From Thermoproteus tenax Kra 1 (GTDB taxonomy: Archaea; Thermoproteota; Thermoprotei; Thermoproteales; Thermoproteaceae): DNA of 32,000 nucleotides. Where the stretch lies: contig NC_016070.1 of assembly GCF_000253055.1 (NCBI RefSeq), forward strand, positions 1,230,001-1,262,000, written 5' to 3'. This document shows positions 8,746 to 17,316 of the stretch, in pieces. Every line of letters begins with the position of its first letter. Within the stretch, counting starts at the first letter, position 1. The notes beneath the pieces were generated by a model. That model saw only the letters and a program-made list of their open reading frames with translations, ran no database searches and was not told where the DNA came from. The position numbers were made by a program, and so were the translations under genes.

Positions 8746-9480
8746 GTGCGTCTGCCCAAGCCAGGCCTCGGCGTCTATATAACCGCCCAGTGGCCCAACT
8801 CTGAGACTTTTCGGAGCCTCCTGAGCTCCCTCGATCAAGTCGCAGACTTTGTTGAAATAGGCGTGCCCACGACAAATCCTAAGTACGATGGGCCCTTCAT
8901 TAGGTTGAGCCACAGAGAGGCTGCCGTCAAAGGCTTGGGCGCTCTGCAGGGTCTAGACTTGCCCAAGAACGCCGTTCTGATGGCCTACGCCGAGGACTAC
9001 CTAGGCAAATTCGATGCGCTGGCGCGGGCCGCTGCAGAGTCGGGGGCTGTCTCCGTGTTGTTGCCCGACCTTTTGGTGGACTTCCCTGAGGCATTGGAGG
9101 AGTACGTATTGGCTGTGAGGAGGAACGGCCTCGACCCTAGCTTCTTTCTGCCGAGCAAGTTCCCCTACGCGCTCGCGGGGAGACTCGCCTCCTACAACCC
9201 ACTCTTTTTGTATATAGGTCTCTACGCCGCAACGGGCATACGGCTGCCCGTCTATGTGGAGAGGAACATCAAAATAGCGAGGCAGTACGCGGGGGACGTG
9301 TACATAGTCGCTGGATTCGCCATAGACAGCGCCGATAGAGCGAGGGCCATTGTAGGCGCCGGCGCGGACGGGCTCGTCGTGGGCACCGCCGCCATGAAGA
9401 TCCTCAAGGAGCGGGGTCTCCAACAGACTCTGGCCTTTCTTGCCGAGATTAAGGAGGCGTTACGCTCTCTCAATATTTAA
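8746..9480 (+). CDS. trpA: Tryptophan synthase alpha chain
   Basis: ADFVEIGVPTTNPKYDGPFI (the TrpA ElGvPfSDP-like region) and the C-terminal ADGLVVGTA motif are present. The track ORF (8581..) overlaps the upstream gene. GTG 8746 is preceded by an A-rich TATA-like ATAAAAA at about 8720-8726, 24 nt upstream. Confidence 0.8.
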   Translation: MRLPKPGLGVYITAQWPNSETFRSLLSSLDQVADFVEIGVPTTNPKYDGPFIRLSHREAAVKGLGALQGLDLPKNAVLMAYAEDYLGKFDALARAAAESGAVSVLLPDLLVDFPEALEEYVLAVRRNGLDPSFFLPSKFPYALAGRLASYNPLFLYIGLYAATGIRLPVYVERNIKIARQYAGDVYIVAGFAIDSADRARAIVGAGADGLVVGTAAMKILKERGLQQTLAFLAEIKEALRSLNI

Positions 9481-9514
9481 ATATCGGTGGGATACTCGCT
9501 CTAATGTCCTCGGG

Positions 9515-10750
9515 GTGGTAGATAGGTGGTACAACATTGCCGCCGATTTGCCGATACCTCTGCCTCCTCCTAAAGACCCAGACGAGGGGGACAGCAGAAT
9601 TGCCCTCTTAACGAGGATACTTCCCTCGGCGCTTATCGACCAAGAGTTCACCGCCGAGCGCTGGATACCTATACCGGGGGAGGTCAGAGAGGCCTACGCG
9701 AGAGTAGGCAGACCTACGCCATACAGAAGGGCCGAAGCGCTTGAGAGGAGGTTGGGCCTCAAGGTCCACATATATTATAAGTACGAGGGCGCCCTCCCGG
9801 TCGGAAGCCATAAATTGAACACGGCCCTGGCCCAAGCGTATTATGCGAAACAGGACGGCGCTGAGGAGGTCGCCACAGAGACGGGCGCGGGCCAGTGGGG
9901 TATGGCCGTCAGTCTGGCCGCCGCGCTGTTCGGCCTCAAGGCGACAGTCTTTATGACCCGCTCCTCTTACAACAGCAAAAGGCAGAGGGTGACCTTCATA
10001 AGGACGTACGGCGCTACGGTCTACCCAAGCCCCAGCGATATAACTGAGACTGGTAGGAAGTTCTATAGGCCAGACCACCCTGGCTCCCTCGGGATAGCGA
10101 TATCTGAGGCGGTCGAATACGTCCTCTCCGGCGAGAGGAGACGCTATCTCCCCGGGAGCGTTTTGGAGTTCGTTTTGATCCACCAGTCGGTGATCGGTCT
10201 TGAGGCCATACAACAGATGCCGGAGGAGCCGGACTACGCCATAGGCTGCGTCGGCGGCGGCTCAAACTTCGGCGGCTTTACATACCCCATGATAGGCATG
10301 AAGCTCAGAGGCGAGGGTTTCTCGAAGACCAAATTCCTAGCTGCCGAGTCGGCCGCCGCTCCCAAGCTCACTGCGGGAGAATATAGGTACGACTTCCCCG
10401 ATGCCGTAGGCGTACTTCCGTTGATAAAGATGTTCACTTTGGGCCACGACTACGTCCCTCCGGCGGTGCATGCAGCGGGCTTGAGGTACCACGGCGCGGC
10501 GCCCAGTCTGTCGCTCCTCAAGCGGCTGGGCCTCGTGGACGCCGTTGCGTACAGACAAGAGGAAGTATTTGAGGCGGCCGTCCTCTTCGCGAGAGCCGAG
10601 GGGATCATACCGGCGCCCGAGAGCTCCCACGCGATAAAGGCAGCTCTGGACGTGGCCAAGAAGCTCCCGCCGGGGTCCGTCATAGCGTTCAATCTATCGG
10701 GGCACGGACTATTAGACGTAGACGCCTACGAGAGGGCTCATGTCGCTTAA
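9515..10750 (+). CDS. trpB: Tryptophan synthase beta chain, TrpB2 type
   Basis: RWYNIAADLPIPLPPPKDP...GRPTPYRRA...YKYEGALPVGSHKLNTA...ETGAGQWG...GCVGGGSNFGGF...NLSGHG is co-linear with the TrpB2 family (N-terminal WYNI..DLP extension). The start is uncertain: GTG 9515 is preferred, and ATG 9440 would overlap trpA by 41 nt. Confidence 0.85.
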   Translation: MVDRWYNIAADLPIPLPPPKDPDEGDSRIALLTRILPSALIDQEFTAERWIPIPGEVREAYARVGRPTPYRRAEALERRLGLKVHIYYKYEGALPVGSHKLNTALAQAYYAKQDGAEEVATETGAGQWGMAVSLAAALFGLKATVFMTRSSYNSKRQRVTFIRTYGATVYPSPSDITETGRKFYRPDHPGSLGIAISEAVEYVLSGERRRYLPGSVLEFVLIHQSVIGLEAIQQMPEEPDYAIGCVGGGSNFGGFTYPMIGMKLRGEGFSKTKFLAAESAAAPKLTAGEYRYDFPDAVGVLPLIKMFTLGHDYVPPAVHAAGLRYHGAAPSLSLLKRLGLVDAVAYRQEEVFEAAVLFARAEGIIPAPESSHAIKAALDVAKKLPPGSVIAFNLSGHGLLDVDAYERAHVA

Positions 10751-11741
10751 GAGGTTGGGCGAGGGAGGGAGGCTGACGTTCGACGAAGCCTACAGATTGG
10801 CGCTATCTATGCTCAATGGAGAATTGAGCGATGTGGAGATAGCAGCGGCGCTGACCGCCATGAGGGTGAGGGGCGAGACCGCCGAGGAGGTCGCCGGCTT
10901 TGCCAAGGCGGCCCGCGACACTTGCGTGAGAGTCCACATAGACGTAGACGCCATAGACACTGCGGGCACCGGCGGAGATGGACAGAGGACGATCAACGTT
11001 TCCACGGCGGCCGCAATAGTGGCGTCTGCGGCCGGCGCATATGTCTTGAAACACGGCAATCGCTCCGTCACGAGCCCCACGGGCAGCGCGGACTTTCTTG
11101 AGGCTCTAGGCTACAACATCAATCTGAAGCCCGAGCAAGCTACGGCGGCGCTCAAGGAGAGCAGATTCGCCTTCTTGTTCGCCCCTGTATATCACCCCAC
11201 GTTCGCCAGAGTGGCGCCCGTGCGCAAGAAGCTGCCCTTCAGGACGATCTTCAACGTAGTGGGGCCTCTGGCGAATCCCGGGCATGTCAGAAGGCAGGTT
11301 ATTGGAGTGGCCGAGGAGAGGCTGATGCCCATAGTGGCAGAGGCCGCCTCTTTGCTCGGGCTGGAGCACGTAGTAGTGATACACGGGGAGCCCGGAATAG
11401 ACGAGGCCTCGCCGGAGGGCTCCACCAAGGTCTACGAAGTGAGGAGGGGCTCCCTAGAGAGCTACTCCCTCGCCCCTGAGGACTTCGGCGCCAGAAGGGG
11501 CAGAATGCCCAGAGTAAACACCAGAGAGGAGTCGCTGGCGATAACCACGAGGGGGCTCAGAGGAGAGGACCCGGAGGCTGAGAACGCCATAGCTATGAAC
11601 GCGGCGCTCGCCCTGTATGTGTCCGGCTTAGCTAGGGACGTAAGAGAGGGATATGAGGCGGCTAGACAGACCATAGAATCGGGGGCCGCGGCGAGGCACC
11701 TAGAGGCGATAATAATGGCGAGCAAGAGATGGTCCTCCTGA
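10740..11741 (+). CDS. trpD: Anthranilate phosphoribosyltransferase
   Basis: DTAGTGGDGQRTINVSTAAAIVASAAG and NLKPEQ...FLFAPVYHP are TrpD signature regions. The gene overlaps the trpB stop by 11 nt. Confidence 0.9.
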   Translation: MSLKRLGEGGRLTFDEAYRLALSMLNGELSDVEIAAALTAMRVRGETAEEVAGFAKAARDTCVRVHIDVDAIDTAGTGGDGQRTINVSTAAAIVASAAGAYVLKHGNRSVTSPTGSADFLEALGYNINLKPEQATAALKESRFAFLFAPVYHPTFARVAPVRKKLPFRTIFNVVGPLANPGHVRRQVIGVAEERLMPIVAEAASLLGLEHVVVIHGEPGIDEASPEGSTKVYEVRRGSLESYSLAPEDFGARRGRMPRVNTREESLAITTRGLRGEDPEAENAIAMNAALALYVSGLARDVREGYEAARQTIESGAAARHLEAIIMASKRWSS

Positions 11742-12361
11742 AGATATGCGGGCTTACTAGGAGCGAGGACGTAGAGCTAGTGGACTCAGTCGCTGACTAC
11801 GCCGGCTTTATAATAGATCCCTACACGGCGTCTCCCAGGAGGCTCGATCCCGTTGTCGCGAGAGATCTCGCCTCAGTATTAGGCAGAGCCAAGCCCGTGG
11901 CCGTCTTTGACAGACTGGCTCCGAAGGTCGCAGTGGCGCTGGCCGCCCAGTACGACTTTCCAGTGGCCCAAGTGCCCGAGAAGTTCGGAGAAGAGGTCGA
12001 GGAGGAGGCGCGAGAGAGCGGCGTGGCGCTGGCCCCCGTGGTGCTGTACGGAAGAGACGACGTAATGGCCGAAGTGAAAAGACTGGCAGAGAGGAGCTAT
12101 GAGTACATATTGGTGGACGCCATCAAGGAGTCCAAAATTAGATACGAGCACGGCCTCCGCGTCCCCTTGGGTTTAATGAGGCAGGCGGCCCGCGTAGGGA
12201 GAGTGGGGCTCGCCGGAGGAATAACGCCGGACAACGTCGAATTCGTGCTGGAGCTGGCGCCATACATGATCGACGTGGCCAGCGGCGTCGAGTCTTCGCC
12301 CGGCGTTAAGGATAGAGAGAAGGTGTTGGCGTTAGCCAACAAAGTTAAAATGGCTCGATAA
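11729..12361 (+). CDS. trpF: N-(5'-phosphoribosyl)anthranilate isomerase
   Basis: The N-terminus MVLLKICGLTRSEDVEL and the C-terminal LAGGITPDNV...IDVASGVESSPGVKD are typical of TrpF. The gene overlaps the trpD stop by 13 nt. Confidence 0.85.
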   Translation: MVLLKICGLTRSEDVELVDSVADYAGFIIDPYTASPRRLDPVVARDLASVLGRAKPVAVFDRLAPKVAVALAAQYDFPVAQVPEKFGEEVEEEARESGVALAPVVLYGRDDVMAEVKRLAERSYEYILVDAIKESKIRYEHGLRVPLGLMRQAARVGRVGLAGGITPDNVEFVLELAPYMIDVASGVESSPGVKDREKVLALANKVKMAR

Positions 12362-12372
12362 AGCCCCTCCTC

Positions 12373-12858
12373 GTGCTGTTAATATTAATTTACTCAGACG
12401 ACGAAAAGACGTCCTCCAAGATCCTCGAGGAGGTTCCCCACGTCGAGATACTCAGAGGGGTGTTTGTGACGTGGGAGCAAGAGGAGAAGGTGAGGAGGGC
12501 TCTGGAGAGAGCTAAGGACAAGGCTATCTCCGAGTGGGAGAGGCGGGGCGAGGGGCCCGTCCTTGAGTTCGCCGTCATAAGTCTGTCCGATGCACAGTAT
12601 AACTCAATACGCCATATGGTGAGGAGGAGCCTCGACGGAGAGGCAGAGAGAGTCGCGGCGGAGCTGAGGAGGCTCGCCTCCGATATCAGAGGGCGGAGGA
12701 GAGCCGTGGCGGAGCTAAAGGCCAGATTCAGCCGCCTCGCCAGAGAGGTATCGCGCCTTACCACTGCATCAGCCAAGCTCGGCCTTGAGACATCGACTTT
12801 GCTCGATATGTTGGAGGCATACAAAGAGGCCAACGCCGAGTACCTAAAGCTCAAATAG
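12373..12858 (+). CDS. Hypothetical protein with an N-terminal alpha/beta domain and a C-terminal Arg/Glu-rich predicted coiled coil
   Basis: 161-aa ORF with a GTG start. AAGTTAAAATGG at about 12340-12350 lies 26 nt upstream. The composition is protein-like (E/K/R-rich helices), while the fully overlapping antisense ORF is a Ser/Leu-rich mirror. I recognise no family. Confidence 0.55.
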   Translation: MLLILIYSDDEKTSSKILEEVPHVEILRGVFVTWEQEEKVRRALERAKDKAISEWERRGEGPVLEFAVISLSDAQYNSIRHMVRRSLDGEAERVAAELRRLASDIRGRRRAVAELKARFSRLAREVSRLTTASAKLGLETSTLLDMLEAYKEANAEYLKLK

Positions 12859-12876
12859 AGCTTGCATCGTTGATAT

Positions 12877-13434
12877 ATGCTCAGTCCTCAAGAGCTGACG
12901 AAATTCATTAAGCGTAATAACTCAGTGTTAGTTGTATGGGACGTCCAAGAGGCGCTTGTAGAGAGAGTCTTCAACAGAGATGAGTTTCTGGCGAAACTCA
13001 AGGAGCTCATATCGGCGGCCAGAAGATATGGCGTGCCAATAGTCTACACGAAGATCACGCCGTTTCCTGAGAGGTTCTCGTCGCCCTTTAGGAGGAGCTG
13101 GAATCCGGGAGAGATCTACAGAGACGTCTACCCGCAGCCTGGGGACGTCGTTATAAACAAGAACACCACGTCTATATTCGTCGGCACAAACTTCGAGCTT
13201 CTCCTCAGAAACGCCGGTCTGACAACTATAGTGTTCACCGGCATAGCCACCGAGATAGGCGTTGAGACGTCCGCTAGACACGCACAAGCGCTCGGCTTCC
13301 TGCCGGTGGTAGCTAAGGAGGCTGTGTCGTCGGCCGACAGAGAGGCCCACGAGAGATCTCTGGCCAATATGGCCAAGCTGTTCCCCGTCCTCACTAACGC
13401 CGAGATAATAGAGATTTGGGAGAAAAACCCATAA
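12877..13434 (+). CDS. Isochorismatase-family cysteine hydrolase
   Basis: [56 protein letters not shown] fit the isochorismatase/nicotinamidase fold. The catalytic-Cys position is unclear, since TEIGVE appears where the CVE-type motif is expected. Confidence 0.75.
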   Translation: MLSPQELTKFIKRNNSVLVVWDVQEALVERVFNRDEFLAKLKELISAARRYGVPIVYTKITPFPERFSSPFRRSWNPGEIYRDVYPQPGDVVINKNTTSIFVGTNFELLLRNAGLTTIVFTGIATEIGVETSARHAQALGFLPVVAKEAVSSADREAHERSLANMAKLFPVLTNAEIIEIWEKNP

Positions 13435-13460
13435 ATTTATTCTATCGCGTCTAACTCTAT

Positions 13461-14276
13461 GTGTCCGAAATCGTTAGAGTCTCCACGGGGATAAAGGAGT
13501 TGGACGAGGCGCTTGAGGGAGGGATACCCAAGGGCAGCTGGGTGGTGGCCACTGGGGAGCCCGGGACTGGGAAATCCATATTGGCTATGCACTTCGCCTA
13601 CGCCGGCTTGAGGGCTGACGACCCAGTAGTCTACGTCACCACGGAGCAGGAATTCCGCGACGTTGTAGTACAAGCGAGGCAGTTAGGCATGGACTTCGAG
13701 AAATACTCTATCTACAGTCTAGGCTGGAAGAAAGAGCCCGAGGCGATGCCGCAGATAGTGGTGATCGACATCTTCGGACTATTGAAGGTCGCACGCGGGC
13801 TGTCGGAGAAGGCAAAGGAAGAGGCCCCCGAGAAGGCCAGACGCTACGCGGCCCTCTCGGTGGAGACCTTGATAGAGGCCATAACGGAGGCCTACGACGT
13901 CTTGGGGCTCCTGGAGGAGGGCGGTAGATCGCCGAGCAGACACGTGCGCCTCATAATAGACTCCATGTCAGCCTTCTGGGTCGATAAGCCGGTCATGGCG
14001 CGCAAATACTCCTACCAACTAAAGATAGCGACTCACAGGGATAACGTCACCGCCCTGCTCACGAGCCAATACGCACCTACGACGGGACAGGCCTACGGCT
14101 TCGGCCTTGAACACATAGCCGACGGCGTGATCCACCTCTGGATGGACGAGGTGGAGACCGCCAAAGAGGTCAGAAGGCACCTCATAATCAAGAAGATGCG
14201 CATGACCAATCACAGCCGTAAGGCCTTCAACTTAGAGATTGAGCCGGGCAGAGGGATCGTGTTGAGACAAACTTAG
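13461..14276 (+). CDS. KaiC/RadA-like RecA-superfamily ATPase (single domain, COG0467-like)
   Basis: [38 protein letters not shown] carries a Walker A motif. LIIDSMS is Walker B-like. A TATA-like AAATTTATTC at 13432-13441 lies about 26 nt upstream of GTG 13461. Confidence 0.8.
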   Translation: MSEIVRVSTGIKELDEALEGGIPKGSWVVATGEPGTGKSILAMHFAYAGLRADDPVVYVTTEQEFRDVVVQARQLGMDFEKYSIYSLGWKKEPEAMPQIVVIDIFGLLKVARGLSEKAKEEAPEKARRYAALSVETLIEAITEAYDVLGLLEEGGRSPSRHVRLIIDSMSAFWVDKPVMARKYSYQLKIATHRDNVTALLTSQYAPTTGQAYGFGLEHIADGVIHLWMDEVETAKEVRRHLIIKKMRMTNHSRKAFNLEIEPGRGIVLRQT

Positions 14277-14827
14277 ATCATTCTGAGGATCAGCTCGTTT
14301 ATTGCAGGGCCTCTGTAGCCCAAATCGCCGCCCTCTGCGTAGCTCCTCTTGATGTCCTCTAGGCCTCCTCTAGGCGGATGTAGTCTGAAGAACGGCTTCA
14401 TGTAGGGCACACAGAGCACCTTTCCGTCTTTCCTCGGCCAAGTCCCCCTCCTGGGGCAGGCTATACGCTCTATCTCGCCGCTGACGAACGCCAAGGCGAG
14501 CTCCTCGAAGCTGTTCCAACCGTACTTCTTCAAGTGGTCGAGCGTGAGAGGTTTGTCGCCCACTATCCTCCCCCTCCTCTGCAACACCTCGGCGAGCGTG
14601 TCGGCATCTATCTCGCCCCAAGTTATCCAGTTCTGCGCCTTCAACAGAAGTCCCTCGACGTCGGGCTTGCCGACCACTAGGGACATAACGAACTTCCTCC
14701 TGACTCTCAAAAGTTCGAGCGCCCTCTCAACATCTCTGGGGACTCCTATCTGGCCTCGAATTCTTACAACAGCGTATCGTGGATAGACTTGGGCCTCCTC
14801 CCTCTTCGGCTCAACGACGGCCGTCAT
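14273..14827 (-). CDS. rpl30p: 50S ribosomal protein L30 (uL30)
   Basis: [29 protein letters not shown] is the uL30 signature. The gene lies directly downstream of S5 with a 4-nt overlap. Confidence 0.85.
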   Translation of the reverse strand: MTAVVEPKREEAQVYPRYAVVRIRGQIGVPRDVERALELLRVRRKFVMSLVVGKPDVEGLLLKAQNWITWGEIDADTLAEVLQRRGRIVGDKPLTLDHLKKYGWNSFEELALAFVSGEIERIACPRRGTWPRKDGKVLCVPYMKPFFRLHPPRGGLEDIKRSYAEGGDLGYRGPAINELILRMI

Positions 14828-15435
14828 AGCTTGAAGTAGTACGTGTTCCTCAACGCGTTGTACGTGGCTAGGGCGAAGTTCAGCGTAGTCCTCGTATCGC
14901 CGAAGGTCTTGGTCCAGACATCTTTTATGCCGGCCAGTCTCAGTATGGTCTTGGCTACTTCGCCGGCCACTAGGCCGACGCCCTTAGGCGCCGGTATGAG
15001 CCTTATGGTCACGCTGCCCGACTTGCCCTCCACGACGTAGGGAACCGAGTGCGGCTCGTCGCAAGAGCACCTCCAAGAGCCGCATCCTCTCCTCACAGGT
15101 ATAATGTTGAGCTTGGCCTCTCTCACGGCTTTCTCTATGGCTTGTCTAACTTGTCTGGCCTTGCCTATCCCTAGCCCTACATATCCGTCCTCGTTGCCGA
15201 GAGCCACCACCGCCTGGAACTGGCTGACCTCGCCGGCGTCGGTCTGTCTCTGTACTATATTGAGGCTCAAGAGCTCTTGCTTTAAGTTGGGCAACAGAGC
15301 ATCCACTATCTCGGGCTCCTTTATCACCTGGTTCGCTGCAAAGATCTCGTCTATAGTCCTGATCTTTCCCTCCTTTACCAACTGGCCCAGCCTGGTCCGC
15401 GGCTCCCACAACGAAAGATCTATGGCAGTGCTCAT
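14824..15435 (-). CDS. rps5p: 30S ribosomal protein S5 (uS5)
   Basis: [15 protein letters not shown]...[18 protein letters not shown]...AKLNIIPV...[30 protein letters not shown] matches uS5 throughout. Confidence 0.9.
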   Translation of the reverse strand: MSTAIDLSLWEPRTRLGQLVKEGKIRTIDEIFAANQVIKEPEIVDALLPNLKQELLSLNIVQRQTDAGEVSQFQAVVALGNEDGYVGLGIGKARQVRQAIEKAVREAKLNIIPVRRGCGSWRCSCDEPHSVPYVVEGKSGSVTIRLIPAPKGVGLVAGEVAKTILRLAGIKDVWTKTFGDTRTTLNFALATYNALRNTYYFKL

Positions 15436-15459
15436 CGCCGTACCGTGTCGCGGGGCTTT

Positions 15460-16050
15460 TTAAGTCTTAATGTCTCGCATAGTTTTCCATGTGCGTCTGA
15501 GGCACTCGGGCGCCACTCTGCCCGCCCTCACCGCCTCCAGGGTCCTCCTGTCCGAGGGATAGCCGGAGCCTATCTCGCCCATCTCCCTCCTGAGGAGCTC
15601 CATAAGGGAGTCTCTGACTACCTTCGCCACGATGCTCGCCGCCGCCACTGCGGGCACGCGCTCGGCCTTATGCAGGGCCGTCACGGATCTCCCCGTCGCG
15701 GCGCTCAAGGCCCGGCCAAACCTCTCCGCGACAGGATCGGGCGCGTCCACGTAGTATGCGTCGGCCTCGCACAGGTTTATCAGCTGGGCCATCGCCTCGG
15801 CCTCCAACAAGTTCAGCTTTCTGGAGCCTACATATTGGTCTATTACGGCCGGCTCTATCACTATGTAGTTTACACATTCTGCGGTCTGTAGGACGGCCGA
15901 GTAGAGCGACTTCCTCCTCTGCGGCGTCAGCGTCTTGGAGTCTCTGACGCCCAGCGATCTCAATCTCTCGTTGTCCCCTGCCACTATAGCGACTACCATG
16001 GGGCCTACGAGGGGGCCGCGGCCGGCCTCATCTATGCCGGCGACAACCAC
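15460..16050 (-). CDS. rnhB: Ribonuclease HII
   Basis: The N-terminal AGIDEAGRGPLVGPMVVA (DEAGRG motif) and SKTLTPQRR...YVDAPD...ASIVAKVVRD fit RNase HII. The start is GTG at 16050. Confidence 0.9.
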   Translation of the reverse strand: MVVAGIDEAGRGPLVGPMVVAIVAGDNERLRSLGVRDSKTLTPQRRKSLYSAVLQTAECVNYIVIEPAVIDQYVGSRKLNLLEAEAMAQLINLCEADAYYVDAPDPVAERFGRALSAATGRSVTALHKAERVPAVAAASIVAKVVRDSLMELLRREMGEIGSGYPSDRRTLEAVRAGRVAPECLRRTWKTMRDIKT

Positions 16051-16056
16051 TTAAAT
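16051..16056 (+). promoter_or_regulatory. TATA-box-like element for the C2H2 small ORF
   Basis: TTAAAT immediately abuts the rnhB start codon (16050) and lies 27 nt upstream of ATG 16078. Confidence 0.5.
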
Positions 16057-16070
16057 GGATCGGTCCAGAT

Positions 16071-16078
16071 ATTAATAA
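16071..16078 (-). promoter_or_regulatory. TATA-box-like element for rnhB
   Basis: The minus-strand sequence TTATTAAT lies 21-28 nt upstream of GTG 16050. It abuts and overlaps the start codon of the divergent zinc-finger ORF. Confidence 0.45.
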
Positions 16079-16248
16079 TGGAGATCCCCCAGGAGCTCTC
16101 AGCGTATTTGCAAATTGTGGAGGACGGAGGAGTTAAACATATAGCGTGCAGGAAATGCGGAAAACGGTTCTTCGCTATAAGGGATGCGGCGAGGCATCTA
16201 GCCGAGGCTCACGGCATGAGGGCGGCGGCGCGCTTTTATCAAACTTAA
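16078..16248 (+). CDS. Small (56 aa) C2H2-type zinc-finger protein, absent from the supplied ORF track
   Basis: My translation is MEIPQELSAYLQIVEDGGVKHIACRKCGKRFFAIRDAARHLAEAHGMRAAARFYQT. It has C-x2-C-x12-H-x4-H with the conserved Phe three residues after the second Cys. TTAAAT at 16051-16056 lies 27 nt upstream of ATG 16078. The stop is TAA 16246-16248. Confidence 0.6.
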   Translation: MEIPQELSAYLQIVEDGGVKHIACRKCGKRFFAIRDAARHLAEAHGMRAAARFYQT

Positions 16249-16271
16249 ATTTGCAAAACTAAACACGCTCC

Positions 16272-16640
16272 ATGATACACCCTAAGTGGTACGAGCGTCA
16301 TGTCAGACACCTCAACGATGCGCTGATGGCCCTCGAGGAGGGCGACGCGAGGTCTGCCTGCTACAACGCCTACGTGTCTGTCGAGGCTCTGGCCAAGGGC
16401 ATATTGGGCTTTGACCCGTACGGCCAGTTCCAAGACGTCAAGAGGCTTCCGGCGCTGATAAAGGAGATCGCCGGCGGCGAGCCCCCCGACGATGTGAAGA
16501 GGTGCGCCGCTTGCCTTGAAAGCAAGGCATTCGCAGAGGAGGGCGAAAAATGTATAAAATGTGCAGAAGTCTTGAGTAACTATCTATATATCTTTCTAAA
16601 GGCCCTTGAAAGAAATAAAAAGCTTTGGGCCCACTACTGA
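16272..16640 (+). CDS. HEPN-like all-helical protein (hypothetical)
   Basis: RHLNDALMALEEGDARSACYNAYVSVEALAKGILG resembles the first helical hairpin of HEPN domains. No clear Rx4-6H motif is seen. TTAAAT at 16246-16251 lies about 24 nt upstream of ATG 16272. Confidence 0.4.
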   Translation: MIHPKWYERHVRHLNDALMALEEGDARSACYNAYVSVEALAKGILGFDPYGQFQDVKRLPALIKEIAGGEPPDDVKRCAACLESKAFAEEGEKCIKCAEVLSNYLYIFLKALERNKKLWAHY

Positions 16641-17278
16641 CAGTCTGCGAACTCCTTTGCGCTCTTGAGCACCGCGACCAAGTCCTCCAGGGCCAGCCTC
16701 TTGGTGTTGGTGTTGAGGGGCGAGGGGTGGTAGGCCGCGTAGACTCTGACCTCTCCGACGTCCACGTAGGCCCCATGTCTAAACGGTTGCGGCGACGCTC
16801 CCAGCGCGCGCAACGAGCTCTGCCAGGCCAGTCTGCCCAGAGCTACGACGGCTCTGGGCTTTATCAAGCGGAACTCCGCTTGAAGCCACGGAAGGCAGTT
16901 GGCCACTTCGGCCGCCGTCGGCTTGTTCTTGGGAGGCGCGCACTTGACCGCTGAGGTTATGTAGACGCAGCGGACGACCGTGCCATCGTCTGCCGAAATG
17001 CTGAACGGGTTGTTGGAGAGGCCGATGGCGTGTAGAGCTCTGAAGAGGAACTGGGCCGATGCGTCGCCGGTGAACATCCGGCCAGTCCTATTCCCTCCGT
17101 GCGCCGCCGGGGCCAGGCCAACCACCACGATCTTAGCCTTGGGGTCTCCCCACGGCGGCACGGGCCTCCTCCAGTACTGCTGTCCGGCGAATCTAGGCAG
17201 AGGCCTTACAGACTCTCTGTAGGCGACCAATCTGGGGCATCTGGAGCAGTTGATGAGGGCCCTCTTGAGATCTTCCAT
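16634..17278 (-). CDS. udg: Uracil-DNA glycosylase, family 5 (UDGb-like, Fe-S type)
   Basis: CSRCPRLVAYRE is followed by VVVGLAPAAHGGNRTGRMFTGD. The GLAPA motif replaces the GEAPG motif of family 4, as described for Pyrobaculum UDGb. The C-terminal HPSPLN motif is present. Confidence 0.8.
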   Translation of the reverse strand: MEDLKRALINCSRCPRLVAYRESVRPLPRFAGQQYWRRPVPPWGDPKAKIVVVGLAPAAHGGNRTGRMFTGDASAQFLFRALHAIGLSNNPFSISADDGTVVRCVYITSAVKCAPPKNKPTAAEVANCLPWLQAEFRLIKPRAVVALGRLAWQSSLRALGASPQPFRHGAYVDVGEVRVYAAYHPSPLNTNTKRLALEDLVAVLKSAKEFADCQ

Positions 17279-17316
17279 AGAGCTAATGCTTATATAGGGG
17301 GTAATAAAATCCAGCG

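Noticed and set aside
12373-12620. Resemblance of the N-terminus MLLILIYSDDEK...RGVFVTW to the Cas2 beta1-alpha1-beta2 pattern
   Set aside because: The similarity is limited to a generic ferredoxin-like hydrophobic pattern. There is no CRISPR array and no cas genes anywhere in the window, so I do not claim it.
12390-12854. 154-aa ORF fully antisense to the 12373..12858 gene, so both strands are open over about 480 nt
   Set aside because: Its product is a Ser/Leu/Ala-rich mirror image, as expected opposite GAG/AAG/AGG-rich codons. It has no TATA-like element at the proper spacing. The plus-strand product has normal helical protein character and a well-placed promoter.
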